Below are positions 27,043 through 35,326 of a stretch of DNA of 35,326 bases, piece by piece. Numbering within the stretch: position 1 is the first letter of the stretch; every line of letters starts with the position of its first letter. Source of the stretch: Candidatus Uhrbacteria bacterium (GTDB taxonomy: Bacteria; Patescibacteriota; Patescibacteriia; JACQSD01); NCBI GenBank assembly GCA_016206165.1, contig JACQSD010000025.1, positions 1-35,326 on the forward strand. The letters run 5' to 3'. The notes beneath the pieces were generated by a model. That model ran no database searches. It worked only from the letters and a program-made list of their open reading frames with translations, and was not told the DNA's origin. Position numbers and translations under genes: made by a program.

Positions 27043-28491
27043 ATGCTAGTGACAAAGAAAATAGATTGGGCGGCATATCAGTTTATTGCCGAGGCGGGGA
27101 GAGCGACGTATTTCCCGATGGCGTATTTTATTATCCACGCATATTGGCGTGCAGCGCGCCATACACAGTGGCCGCTCCGCATTCCCGTGCTTGGCGATTT
27201 TTCAAAATACTCGACACGTTGGCACTATGCGATCCGTGATCCGCACGTCTTTGATCCATATCTCATGCGGTTTCTCATGGCGCCGAAGGAGATGCGTGCG
27301 TTTGAACAATATATTGCAGCGCAGCGCATGCATGTTCGTCATCTTTTTCCTTGTGATACATGCTCCACTGTATCGAATCATGAGCTCGTCAGTGACGTAG
27401 AAAAATTTTATTCTTGTTTTCAGGATCTCATTGTTGCGGCTGGTACACTCCGCTATCTTGATCGCGCGCTTGTTCCTGCGGTGCAGCATGCATATCGCTT
27501 GCACAAAAAAAGAGATGCACTTGTTGCCATAGTCTCCATGGGTGCACAGGTAAGTTTTGCACTCCGCGAAGAATACGCAATGCTTGCGCTTGCTGCGGGT
27601 TTGCAGAAAAGACATGATTCGATCACATCGAGCGCAGCAGTTTCTGGGATCAAGAAAATTTGGAGTACATATCGTTGGTCGTCGTGTGGGTACTATAATG
27701 AGCAGTTGAAAACCATTGCCGTCTATACTACAGAGTTGCGCGCACTTCTCAAACAGGATTCGATACGCGCGTTTCGTGCAATGCGATTCCGTATTCGAGC
27801 GGATCAGCAAAAGCGTCGCGCTGCACTTCGTCTGCTTGAACCGCGTGATCGATCGCTTGGGATTCTCGCAGGACAGGCGACGGTTGCGAAAGACGAATAT
27901 CGCTTTGTCGCGAGTGAACTTATCGGCCGCGCAATGCCGTTGTTTAGGGAGATTGCACGGCGTACGGGATACAGCGTTGATGCAGTGCGCGATCTGCTTC
28001 CAAAGGAAGTTAGAGCACTGCTTCTTGGGAAACCATATCCGTCTGCACTTGTTCGCGCGCGACGGCGTGCAATTGTCATCTATGGTGGGCCTGGATTTTT
28101 TCAAGTACTGCTCGGCCGCGCTGCAGATACATTTGCACGACGACATCTCCATCATGGTGATCGTGATGCAACGACGTGGCATGGTCGTGCTGCGTCACCC
28201 GGGCATGTTCGTGGTACTGCGCGCGTTGTTCTTAACGTGAATGATTTTCACAAAGTAAAGCGCGGGGATATCCTCGTCTGTTTGAATACAAGTCCCGAAT
28301 TTATGCCGGTGCTACGGAAGGTGGCGGGCATCATTGGTGAGGAGGGCGGGATTACTGCGCATGTCTCTGTGGTTTCGCGCGAGCTTGGTATCCCGTGTGT
28401 TGTCGCGATCAATGGTGCGACACTCCACTTAAAAGACGGTGACTGGGTTGATCTTGATGCAGCGCGTGGTATTATAAAGAAGGTGATATGA
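27043..28491 (+). CDS. Paralogue 7: N-terminal domain plus phospho-His swivel domain
   Basis: IGEEGGITAHVSVVSRELGIPCVV; alternative GTG at 27037; TGgTAGAAT upstream. Confidence 0.9.
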   Translation: MLVTKKIDWAAYQFIAEAGRATYFPMAYFIIHAYWRAARHTQWPLRIPVLGDFSKYSTRWHYAIRDPHVFDPYLMRFLMAPKEMRAFEQYIAAQRMHVRHLFPCDTCSTVSNHELVSDVEKFYSCFQDLIVAAGTLRYLDRALVPAVQHAYRLHKKRDALVAIVSMGAQVSFALREEYAMLALAAGLQKRHDSITSSAAVSGIKKIWSTYRWSSCGYYNEQLKTIAVYTTELRALLKQDSIRAFRAMRFRIRADQQKRRAALRLLEPRDRSLGILAGQATVAKDEYRFVASELIGRAMPLFREIARRTGYSVDAVRDLLPKEVRALLLGKPYPSALVRARRRAIVIYGGPGFFQVLLGRAADTFARRHLHHGDRDATTWHGRAASPGHVRGTARVVLNVNDFHKVKRGDILVCLNTSPEFMPVLRKVAGIIGEEGGITAHVSVVSRELGIPCVVAINGATLHLKDGDWVDLDAARGIIKKVI

Positions 28492-29966
28492 GCAAATCTA
28501 TTTTCAAGCAAGTATCGGGAAAACAATGGTACCATCAGCGGTTTGATGGTACGCCCTTGTATATCGGGGTGATTGCAGAGTCAGAGTTTCGACGTGAGCA
28601 TCGCAAACCCGCATTGCAAACACCTCGCGTTCGCGTTTGTTTTTTCAAGAATCGAACATCAGACTGGCATCTCACAATGGAAGACATTGAACGTGGCGCG
28701 CGTGCCATTGTGAAACAAGTAAATCATGAACCGCATATTAGTACTCAGCTACTCCGAGCATGGAGGAAAGATGAGGAAGCATTTCAGCGTTTTTTCGATT
28801 CGTTTCAAGGAATTTCGTTACGCTCTCTTTCCGATGAGAAGTTACTCGCGCTCTTTCGGACGTATTATCGCCTTGGTATTGCACGATTTACATCATCGGT
28901 GATTATTGATCACTTTGCATTAGGGACTGATACGTTGATTGCGGATATGCTCCGCAAGGAACTCGGGAACCTTGGATCTGAGTCTATATTCACTGACATT
29001 GTCAGCGGATTAACTGCGCCCGTGCATCAGTCGTTCATCAATGCAGCAGAGCTCGAATTACTCAGGATTGCGCTTGCGTCCGCGGTACAACATCCGCGAC
29101 TGCTCGCACGATGTCAGGCGCGCTATTTTTGGATCAGGAATAATTATGTTGACGTGCATGTACTCACTGCCCGTGACTTCGCAAAGGATCTTGCGGTGCT
29201 CCTCAAATCTAAAGCCGATGCACGGAAACAGTACGCGCGAATTTATGCAACACCGCGCCTCAATGCAGAGCGAAAGAAAAAATTGCTTCAGAAATATCAT
29301 CTCTCTCCGCTCTTGCGACGGCTTTTAAAAATTTCCGAAGACTTTACATGGTGGCAGGACGAGCGGAAGAAGGCGACGTATCTCAATATCCACATGGGTG
29401 CACAGATTCTTGGGGAGATGGCGCGTCGTCGTGGCATTGATCCAGAGTATACCAAGTATCTTGTGTTGCCAGAGGTGGAGCATTGGTTCATAAAAGGGAC
29501 CCCATCATTAGCGATGCTCCGTCAACGCCGAAAATCATGTGCATTTGTTGTTACCACAAAAGGATTCCGTTTCTTCACAGGCAGTGATGTTGAGAAGTTA
29601 CACAAGCGTATGTTCCCACCAACGCAGCGAGACATGGTGAATGATGTTCGTGGTCTCACTGCATCGACAGGGAAGGTTGTTGGGCGCGTGAAAATTGTGA
29701 GCTCGGTTCGCGATATTGGCAAAATGCAGCAGGGTAATATTCTTGTTTCGGTGATGACGCGTCCGGATTACATTGCAGGGATTAAGAAAGCAGCGGCGAT
29801 TGTTACGAACGAGGGCGGAATCACGTGCCACGCAGCGATCATCTCGCGCGAACTCGGTATCCCATGTATTATCGGTACAAAAATCGCGACTGAAGTTTTT
29901 AAAGATGGTGATTTAGTGGAAGTGAACGCGAATCACGGGGTCGTCACACGAATATTACACGTATGA
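28488..29966 (+). CDS. Paralogue 8: N-terminal domain plus phospho-His swivel domain
   Basis: VTNEGGITCHAAIISRELGIPCIIG; ATGA overlap. Confidence 0.9.
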   Translation: MSKSIFKQVSGKQWYHQRFDGTPLYIGVIAESEFRREHRKPALQTPRVRVCFFKNRTSDWHLTMEDIERGARAIVKQVNHEPHISTQLLRAWRKDEEAFQRFFDSFQGISLRSLSDEKLLALFRTYYRLGIARFTSSVIIDHFALGTDTLIADMLRKELGNLGSESIFTDIVSGLTAPVHQSFINAAELELLRIALASAVQHPRLLARCQARYFWIRNNYVDVHVLTARDFAKDLAVLLKSKADARKQYARIYATPRLNAERKKKLLQKYHLSPLLRRLLKISEDFTWWQDERKKATYLNIHMGAQILGEMARRRGIDPEYTKYLVLPEVEHWFIKGTPSLAMLRQRRKSCAFVVTTKGFRFFTGSDVEKLHKRMFPPTQRDMVNDVRGLTASTGKVVGRVKIVSSVRDIGKMQQGNILVSVMTRPDYIAGIKKAAAIVTNEGGITCHAAIISRELGIPCIIGTKIATEVFKDGDLVEVNANHGVVTRILHV

Positions 29967-31399
29967 AAAAATTATCCGTACAACAGATTATTGGCGTCGT
30001 CAAAAAGTCGCAATGGTTTATCCAAGGGTTCAATGCGTTCCCGCTCTATTTGCATAGCGCGGCAAGTATGACCGGTTGGATGGTGCATCAGGCGGTCGGC
30101 GTGAACTATTCGCACTTTTTTTACGTAGCGCATGAGAGTCGAATGGATATGTATTATGACGAGCGAGATCTTGTGGCCATTGGCGAGGCGTATTATAAAA
30201 AGATTCACAATATACAGGAATTGAACACACTTCGCAGGAAACATCGCGATGCCTACCTTGCGGCGCGAAAGAAGACTGGAGATTTTTCCATAAAAGGCTT
30301 AGGTGGATGTTCACTGAACGAACTCATCGCACTCGCGCAACGCTTGATCAACGAACTCACGATGACGGTGAGCTTTGCACATGTCATCGAAGGGATTGCG
30401 TGGATTTCCGAACGCCGTCTCCATGATTTTCTCGCACAGCGAACGAACGCGAACAAAAAAGACGAGCAACTGTTTTCCTCGCCTGTTGATCCATCGTTTA
30501 TTCTCCGTGCGCAGATGCTCCTTGGCGCAATAAAAAAGAGTGCAGGCGCGGCACGAACACGAAAAATTGAACAGTTTATTCTTGAGTTCGGCTGGTTGGA
30601 TTCGAGTTTTGTTGGAGGGAAAACATTTGATGCACGCCGCGTTCGCGAAATGGTACGTGGCATCAAACATGTCTCATCGCTCGAAGGACTTAAAAGGACG
30701 AAACAACTCAAACTGGCGCGGGCGCGACAGCTGGAGCTTACTCCTGAGGAGACTTTTGTGGTGCGAACGATTGAATTGTGCACGCTCTGGCAGGATAATC
30801 GGAAGGAATTTATTTTGAGCACGATTGCACGGTTTGAGCCGGTGGTTGTCGAGCTTGCGCGTCGCCTGCATATATCTGCTGATGCATTGAAGTGTATTTG
30901 TCCGGCGGAGCTGACAGAAATGAATCTTTCGAGAAAAAAATTTCTTGCAGTACTAGAAAAGCGGTTTCATGGATGTGGGTATTATGTTGTTCGTGATCAT
31001 TTCTTGACGTATCCGGGAAAAGCCTATCGCGATATTGAACAGAAGCTCACAAGCACAAATGAGTCGAAAGTCGGAGAATTTCATGGCACCATTGCGAATC
31101 AGGGGAAGGTAACGGGCATCGTAAAGATTTGCCAGACCATCGAGGATATTGCTAAAGTGAAGGAAGGAGAAGTGCTTGTTGCGTTTATGACGCGCCCGGA
31201 ATTTTTACCCGCAATGCAAAAGGCAGCCGCGTTTGTGACGAACGAGGGCGGGATCACATCGCATGCGGCGATTGTTGCTCGTGAGATGAATAAGCCGTGC
31301 ATCATTGGCACAAAGATCGCGACTGATGTTCTTCACGATGGTGATGTCGTCGAGGTGAATGCGAATCACGGGGTGGTGACCATTATACAGAGAGTGTGA
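29963..31399 (+). CDS. Paralogue 9: N-terminal domain plus phospho-His swivel domain
   Basis: VTNEGGITSHAAIVAREMNKPCIIG; ATGA overlap. Confidence 0.9.
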   Translation: MKKLSVQQIIGVVKKSQWFIQGFNAFPLYLHSAASMTGWMVHQAVGVNYSHFFYVAHESRMDMYYDERDLVAIGEAYYKKIHNIQELNTLRRKHRDAYLAARKKTGDFSIKGLGGCSLNELIALAQRLINELTMTVSFAHVIEGIAWISERRLHDFLAQRTNANKKDEQLFSSPVDPSFILRAQMLLGAIKKSAGAARTRKIEQFILEFGWLDSSFVGGKTFDARRVREMVRGIKHVSSLEGLKRTKQLKLARARQLELTPEETFVVRTIELCTLWQDNRKEFILSTIARFEPVVVELARRLHISADALKCICPAELTEMNLSRKKFLAVLEKRFHGCGYYVVRDHFLTYPGKAYRDIEQKLTSTNESKVGEFHGTIANQGKVTGIVKICQTIEDIAKVKEGEVLVAFMTRPEFLPAMQKAAAFVTNEGGITSHAAIVAREMNKPCIIGTKIATDVLHDGDVVEVNANHGVVTIIQRV

Positions 31400-32811
31400 A
31401 TGATTTTCTTATGCCAAAACGTCTATCAACTATTCCACGATCACATCTTTTTCTCCCCGAGGATCTTCATCTCTATGAGATTCAAAATATTTTTACAGCA
31501 TGCGCACTATGGTTGGAGGAGGGAATGGAATATCAGATTGCAACGTATGATTTGTATGTTCGTGAGATGCCACCACATCGTAATTTTTTAGTGCTCGGTG
31601 GAATCGAAGAGGTGATTACTGGCATTAAACAGTGGAGGTTCAGCTTGAAAGAGATTGAGTATTTACGGAAACACAATCTTGCGACACCGAAACTAATTTC
31701 GTATCTTCGCAAATTTAAATTTACTGGCGATCTCTATGCGATGCGGGAGGGAACTATTTTTTTTCCAGGGGAGCCGGTCATCCGCATTACCGGGCCAATC
31801 TGTGAAGGGAATCTCCTTTCAAATTTTTTAATGACGACGGTATTTGGTAATTCCTTGTATCTTTCAAAAATTATTCGTGGGAAAATTGCATGTGGTAAAA
31901 AACGTTTTATCGCTGCAGGGGGGATGCGTGTGAGTTCATTCGAGACAGCGATGAAAGCGAGTCGCGCTGGCTATATTGCGGGAGCTGATAATGCCTTTCC
32001 AGCATTTTTTCGGAAGTATCGACTTCCACCACCACCACTATCTATTAATGCGTATCATGCGGTGATCAAGTCTTTTCCTACGGAGTTGGAGGCCTTTCGT
32101 GCAGCAGCACGACTGTTCCCAAATCGGCTTCGTCCCATGGTTGATACGTATGATTTTAGACAGGGTGTCGCCAACCTTGTTACTGTAGCGCGCGAACTTA
32201 AAAAGAAAGTGCAACACGTCGCATCAATTACTATTGATAGCGGAGATTTACACAAACGTGCTCTGTATGCGCGTCGGGCATTCGACAGGGCAGGTTTTCC
32301 TGAAATTCAGATATTACTCGCTAGTAACCTCGATGAATATAAAATTTCGGCACTTGAAAAAATGAAGACTCCAGCAGACGTCTATTTGTCAGCAACTGAG
32401 ATTTCAACAGTTTCGGATGCACCAAAAATGGAAATTGTATACAAGATCGCAGAGTTGCGCGATGGAAGAACAGTACGCCCATTGGCAAAACTTGCCGAAG
32501 GGAAGGAAAGCTACCCGGGTCAGAAGCAAGTTTTTCGACGCTATCGAAAAGGGGTGTTCAGCGGGGATGTCATTGGTCTTGTAGGAGAGCTTCATGGGAA
32601 ACCGCTCTTGCAGAAAATGATTTTACGCGGAAAGTCCGTGTATAATCTCCCACATCTTGATACAATTAAATCCTATGTACAGAAGCAACTTGTAATGCTT
32701 CCGGAGCGGTTCAAAAGTATCGATCGGCAGTTTGTGTATCCGGTGACCATTAGCTCGAAATTAAAGATGCTTTTTCATTTGGTAAAGAAAGAGCACGGAG
32801 CAAAAAAATAA
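31396..32811 (+). CDS. Nicotinate phosphoribosyltransferase (PncB)-like protein with divergent active site
   Basis: FTGDLYAMREGTIFFPGEP, VDTYD, DSGDL, LDEY, VYK, PGQKQVFR; GTGA overlap (alternative ATG 31411). Confidence 0.85.
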   Translation: MNDFLMPKRLSTIPRSHLFLPEDLHLYEIQNIFTACALWLEEGMEYQIATYDLYVREMPPHRNFLVLGGIEEVITGIKQWRFSLKEIEYLRKHNLATPKLISYLRKFKFTGDLYAMREGTIFFPGEPVIRITGPICEGNLLSNFLMTTVFGNSLYLSKIIRGKIACGKKRFIAAGGMRVSSFETAMKASRAGYIAGADNAFPAFFRKYRLPPPPLSINAYHAVIKSFPTELEAFRAAARLFPNRLRPMVDTYDFRQGVANLVTVARELKKKVQHVASITIDSGDLHKRALYARRAFDRAGFPEIQILLASNLDEYKISALEKMKTPADVYLSATEISTVSDAPKMEIVYKIAELRDGRTVRPLAKLAEGKESYPGQKQVFRRYRKGVFSGDVIGLVGELHGKPLLQKMILRGKSVYNLPHLDTIKSYVQKQLVMLPERFKSIDRQFVYPVTISSKLKMLFHLVKKEHGAKK

Positions 32812-32815
32812 TATT

Positions 32816-33766
32816 ATGGCTCAAAGTTACATTAAATTTTTTAAGGAGATATCAAAGAAGGACGTCCACATCGCCGGTGGGAAGGGGGCGTCGTTGGGTG
32901 AAATGACGCAGGCGGGGATTCCAGTGCCGCCGGGGTTTGTGTTGACCGCAGCAGCATTTGATCGGTTTATCGAGGAGACGGATCTTGATGTGGAGATCGA
33001 GGCGATATTGAACAAGGTGAACTATAAAGATGTAAACTCGGTGGATCGGGCGTCGAACGTGATTCGTGATCTCATCCACGATGAACGCATGCCAAAGGAT
33101 TTGCAGACGGATATTCTGGGAGCATTCAAGCAATTGAAGGCGAAGGAAGTTGCCGTGCGTTCATCCGCAACGGCAGAGGATTCCTCACAGGCGTCGTGGG
33201 CAGGGGAGCTGGAGACATATCTCAACTCAACAGAAAAGAATGTGATCGGAAATGTGAAAAAATGCTGGTCATCGCTTTTTACTCCGCGCGCCATTTTTTA
33301 TCGGAATGAAAAGGGAATGCGCAAAACAAAGGTGAGTGTGGCGGTCGTGGTGCAGGCGATGATTCAGTCGGAAATTTCAGGTGTCATGTTTACGGTGCAT
33401 CCGGTAACAAAGGATCGGAACCAGATGATTATCGAGGCGGCCTGGGGTTTGGGGGAGGCGCTGGTCTCCGGGCAGGTGACGCCGGATAGTTATGTCGTGA
33501 GTAAACGCGATTGGTCGCTCATTGATGTAAGCGTTGCGGAGCAGGCGCGGATGATCGCGCGAAAGACGCTTGGCACCGGAGTTGAATGGAAGCCGGTGCC
33601 AAAAAAAGACGCGCCGAAACAAAAATTGAATGGGAAGGAAATCGTGATCATTGCGCAAATTGGGAAGAAAATCGAGGAGCACTACGGCAAGCCGGAGGAC
33701 ATCGAATGGGCGTATGCAAAGAAAAAGTTCTACATTGTCCAATCCAGGCCGATTACGACGCTGTAG
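32816..33766 (+). CDS. Stand-alone ATP-grasp (PPDK_N) domain of the PEP synthase/PPDK/RPH family
   Basis: GGKGASLGEM, PVPPGF, AVRSSATAED, VVVQAMI, SGVMFT, WGLGEALVSG, DIEWA, QSRPITTL then stop at the domain boundary. Confidence 0.93.
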   Translation: MAQSYIKFFKEISKKDVHIAGGKGASLGEMTQAGIPVPPGFVLTAAAFDRFIEETDLDVEIEAILNKVNYKDVNSVDRASNVIRDLIHDERMPKDLQTDILGAFKQLKAKEVAVRSSATAEDSSQASWAGELETYLNSTEKNVIGNVKKCWSSLFTPRAIFYRNEKGMRKTKVSVAVVVQAMIQSEISGVMFTVHPVTKDRNQMIIEAAWGLGEALVSGQVTPDSYVVSKRDWSLIDVSVAEQARMIARKTLGTGVEWKPVPKKDAPKQKLNGKEIVIIAQIGKKIEEHYGKPEDIEWAYAKKKFYIVQSRPITTL

Positions 33767-33784
33767 ACTATTTAATGCAAGAGA

Positions 33785-33813
33785 TTGTATTCATACATTG
33801 AGTATGGTATGCT
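33785..33813 (+). promoter_or_regulatory. hicBA promoter with internal inverted repeat
   Basis: TTGTAT-17 bp-TATGCT with TG extension; CATAC-N5-GTATG in the spacer. Confidence 0.55.
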
Positions 33814-33822
33814 TTCATTGTT

Positions 33823-34065
33823 ATGAAGAATCATAAGACACAATATCATTTACCAGTAATCATCGAGCGCGATGAATCAGGTTATTACGTAGGAATTGTT
33901 CCGACGCTCCGGAGTTGCTATACACAGGCAAAAACACTGCCAGAACTGTATCGTCGGCTACAGGAAGTTGCGGCATTATCTATTGAAGCAGAGAAGGAAT
34001 TATTTGGTGGCAAAGTGGAACAGAATGAATTTATCGGAGTACATCAGTTGGAATTCAGCACGTAA
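33823..34065 (+). CDS. hicB: HicB-family antitoxin (short, no DNA-binding domain)
   Basis: PVIIERDESGYYVGIVPTLRSCYTQAKTLPEL. Confidence 0.85.
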   Translation: MKNHKTQYHLPVIIERDESGYYVGIVPTLRSCYTQAKTLPELYRRLQEVAALSIEAEKELFGGKVEQNEFIGVHQLEFST

Positions 34066-34069
34066 TGCT

Positions 34070-34309
34070 GTGCCAAGAATTCTACCGATTCATCCACGGA
34101 AGATGATGCGGATGCTCGAGCATCTCGGGTATCGTATTGTACGCATCCGTGGAAGCCATCATTTTTTCTTCAATACAATGACGAGACGAACAACATCGAT
34201 TCCACTGCATGGAGGTGAGGAGCTTGGTATTGGATTGATCAAACAGATATTGCGTGACATCGAGGTATCAGCTGAGGAATATGATACGCTTCGAAAGGAA
34301 GTCTCGTAG
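34070..34309 (+). CDS. hicA: HicA-family toxin
   Basis: GTG start MPRIL; LEHLGY..VRIRGSHHFF...IPLHG.EELGIGLIKQILRD. Confidence 0.88.
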   Translation: MPRILPIHPRKMMRMLEHLGYRIVRIRGSHHFFFNTMTRRTTSIPLHGGEELGIGLIKQILRDIEVSAEEYDTLRKEVS

Positions 34310-34339
34310 GTAGAATACTGACGTGCATACAGTGCATGG

Positions 34340-34368
34340 TTGACAAATAATCCATAAACGTGTATGAT
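34340..34368 (+). promoter_or_regulatory. Sigma70-type promoter
   Basis: TTGACA-17 bp-TATGAT. Confidence 0.75.
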
Positions 34369-34518
34369 AAGCCGATGATGATATCATCGGTCTTTTCATA
34401 AAGAAGACAATTCCTGATCGGATGGTCAGGTCGTTCGCTCGGCTTGGGGCCGAGGAATAAGAAGGTTGGGTTTCCACCTTATCCAAGGAAGCCAGTCGTT
34501 CAAGAAGGGAGGTGCCGG

Positions 34519-35326
34519 ATGGCACCTGAAACAGCAGTAGTGCGGAAGCATGCGATTTGGGATGGGCCGTCGAAGTGGGATCTAATGCTTTCCCTCTTCG
34601 ATGGGACTGATCGCACCGTGCAGTTCTACGGTAACGATGGGTCCCTTTTTGGTGAGATTGTGCTGCTCCCACTGCCGATTGTCGTGATTGATGGACTCGA
34701 GCACCTGTCCGGAGACGATGAGTGGCGCTTCATCGGGCACACCGCGGACGGTCTCCTCAAGGTGCGTGGCACCTTCGGTACCCGCAAACGCCGCGGGGAG
34801 ATGGAGCTCCTCTGCAACGTGAGCGGCGCGGAGCTGGACAGCCCCTTCGTCCTCGTCACGACGTTCTCGGTCGTTGTCCCTGCGGACTACGACCACGCGA
34901 CCCGCCTCGCGACGTTCCGGCGGTTACATGGGTCCGAGTTTACTCACTACAACGGCGATATGACGGACGAGCACTTCCGGAACGCGACGGTGAAGTTGAC
35001 CCCTGGCCGGAAGTTCTTGGTCAAGGTCTTCCAGATCACCAGCAGCATGGTGAGCCCGGAGGAATGCCTCACGCTCATCACGCGCGAGCAGGGTGTTCTC
35101 GTCGGGGCACAAGGAGCGACCCTCGCCTACGAGCAGGGCAAGGATCATTTGCCGAAAGGCCGCTGGCACATCTCCTTCGACGAGAAGGAGGCGCTCTGGG
35201 AAGACGCGTCTGGCCTCCACCGGGTGCCGCTCGTGGGCGCCTACGCAGACGGAAGCTTCGGGTTCGACCTCGGCATCTTCGTGGACGGCTGGGACGGCGA
35301 CCGCTGCCTCCTCTGCTTCTGCGAGA
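34519..35326 (+). CDS. Hypothetical protein (3' partial) with a C-terminus resembling CPR DGR target/CLec-like proteins
   Basis: Missing from the ORF track (no stop in the window). SD GGGAGGTG; MAPETAVVRKHAIWDGPSKWDLMLSLFDG... stays open to ...HRVPLVGAYADGSFGFDLGIFVDGWDGDRCLLCFCE. Confidence 0.8.
   Translation, partial: MAPETAVVRKHAIWDGPSKWDLMLSLFDGTDRTVQFYGNDGSLFGEIVLLPLPIVVIDGLEHLSGDDEWRFIGHTADGLLKVRGTFGTRKRRGEMELLCNVSGAELDSPFVLVTTFSVVVPADYDHATRLATFRRLHGSEFTHYNGDMTDEHFRNATVKLTPGRKFLVKVFQITSSMVSPEECLTLITREQGVLVGAQGATLAYEQGKDHLPKGRWHISFDEKEALWEDASGLHRVPLVGAYADGSFGFDLGIFVDGWDGDRCLLCFCE

Noticed and set aside
27202-28182. 326-aa minus-strand ORF and similar overlapping ORFs in the track
   Set aside because: They lie antisense or out of frame to well-supported genes and have no motifs.
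11802-33766. Calling the paralogues or the ATP-grasp gene ppsA, ppdK or ptsI, or pseudogene fragments
   Set aside because: No pyruvate/PEP-binding barrel is present, and the His domain is C-terminal. All ORFs are intact, several are translationally coupled, and they end at domain boundaries.

Overview
Chromosomal window, most likely from a Patescibacteria (CPR)-type bacterium. This is inferred from the archaeal-type UMP kinase, apparent leaderless starts and CPR-style hypothetical proteins. The left third (1-11700) holds envelope and cofactor genes: two polytopic membrane proteins, a pgsA-like gene, an RmlC-like cupin, a shortened iPGM, a stand-alone riboflavin kinase, riboflavin synthase, mltG, a four-helix-bundle gene and pyrH. 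Several carry in-frame 7/8-mer microsatellite patches or REP-like hairpins. The dominant feature (11802-33766) is an array of nine paralogues. Each fuses a divergent ~260-390 aa N-terminal domain to a C-terminal phospho-histidine swivel (PEP-utiliser mobile) domain. The array ends in a translationally coupled operon with a divergent nicotinate phosphoribosyltransferase-like gene and one stand-alone PEP-synthase/PPDK ATP-grasp gene. This looks like a rifampin-phosphotransferase-type dikinase split into one shared ATP-grasp donor and many acceptor-specific subunits. Interspersed are an NYN nuclease, two M20 amidohydrolases around a divergent carbamoyltransferase, a PaaX/Cas2-like gene bracketed by two identical 34-bp perfect palindromes, a PRTase-motif protein and an RHH/RelE toxin-antitoxin pair; a HicBA pair follows the array. 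The window ends in a partial gene resembling a DGR target. All calls come from reading motifs by eye; no searches were run.
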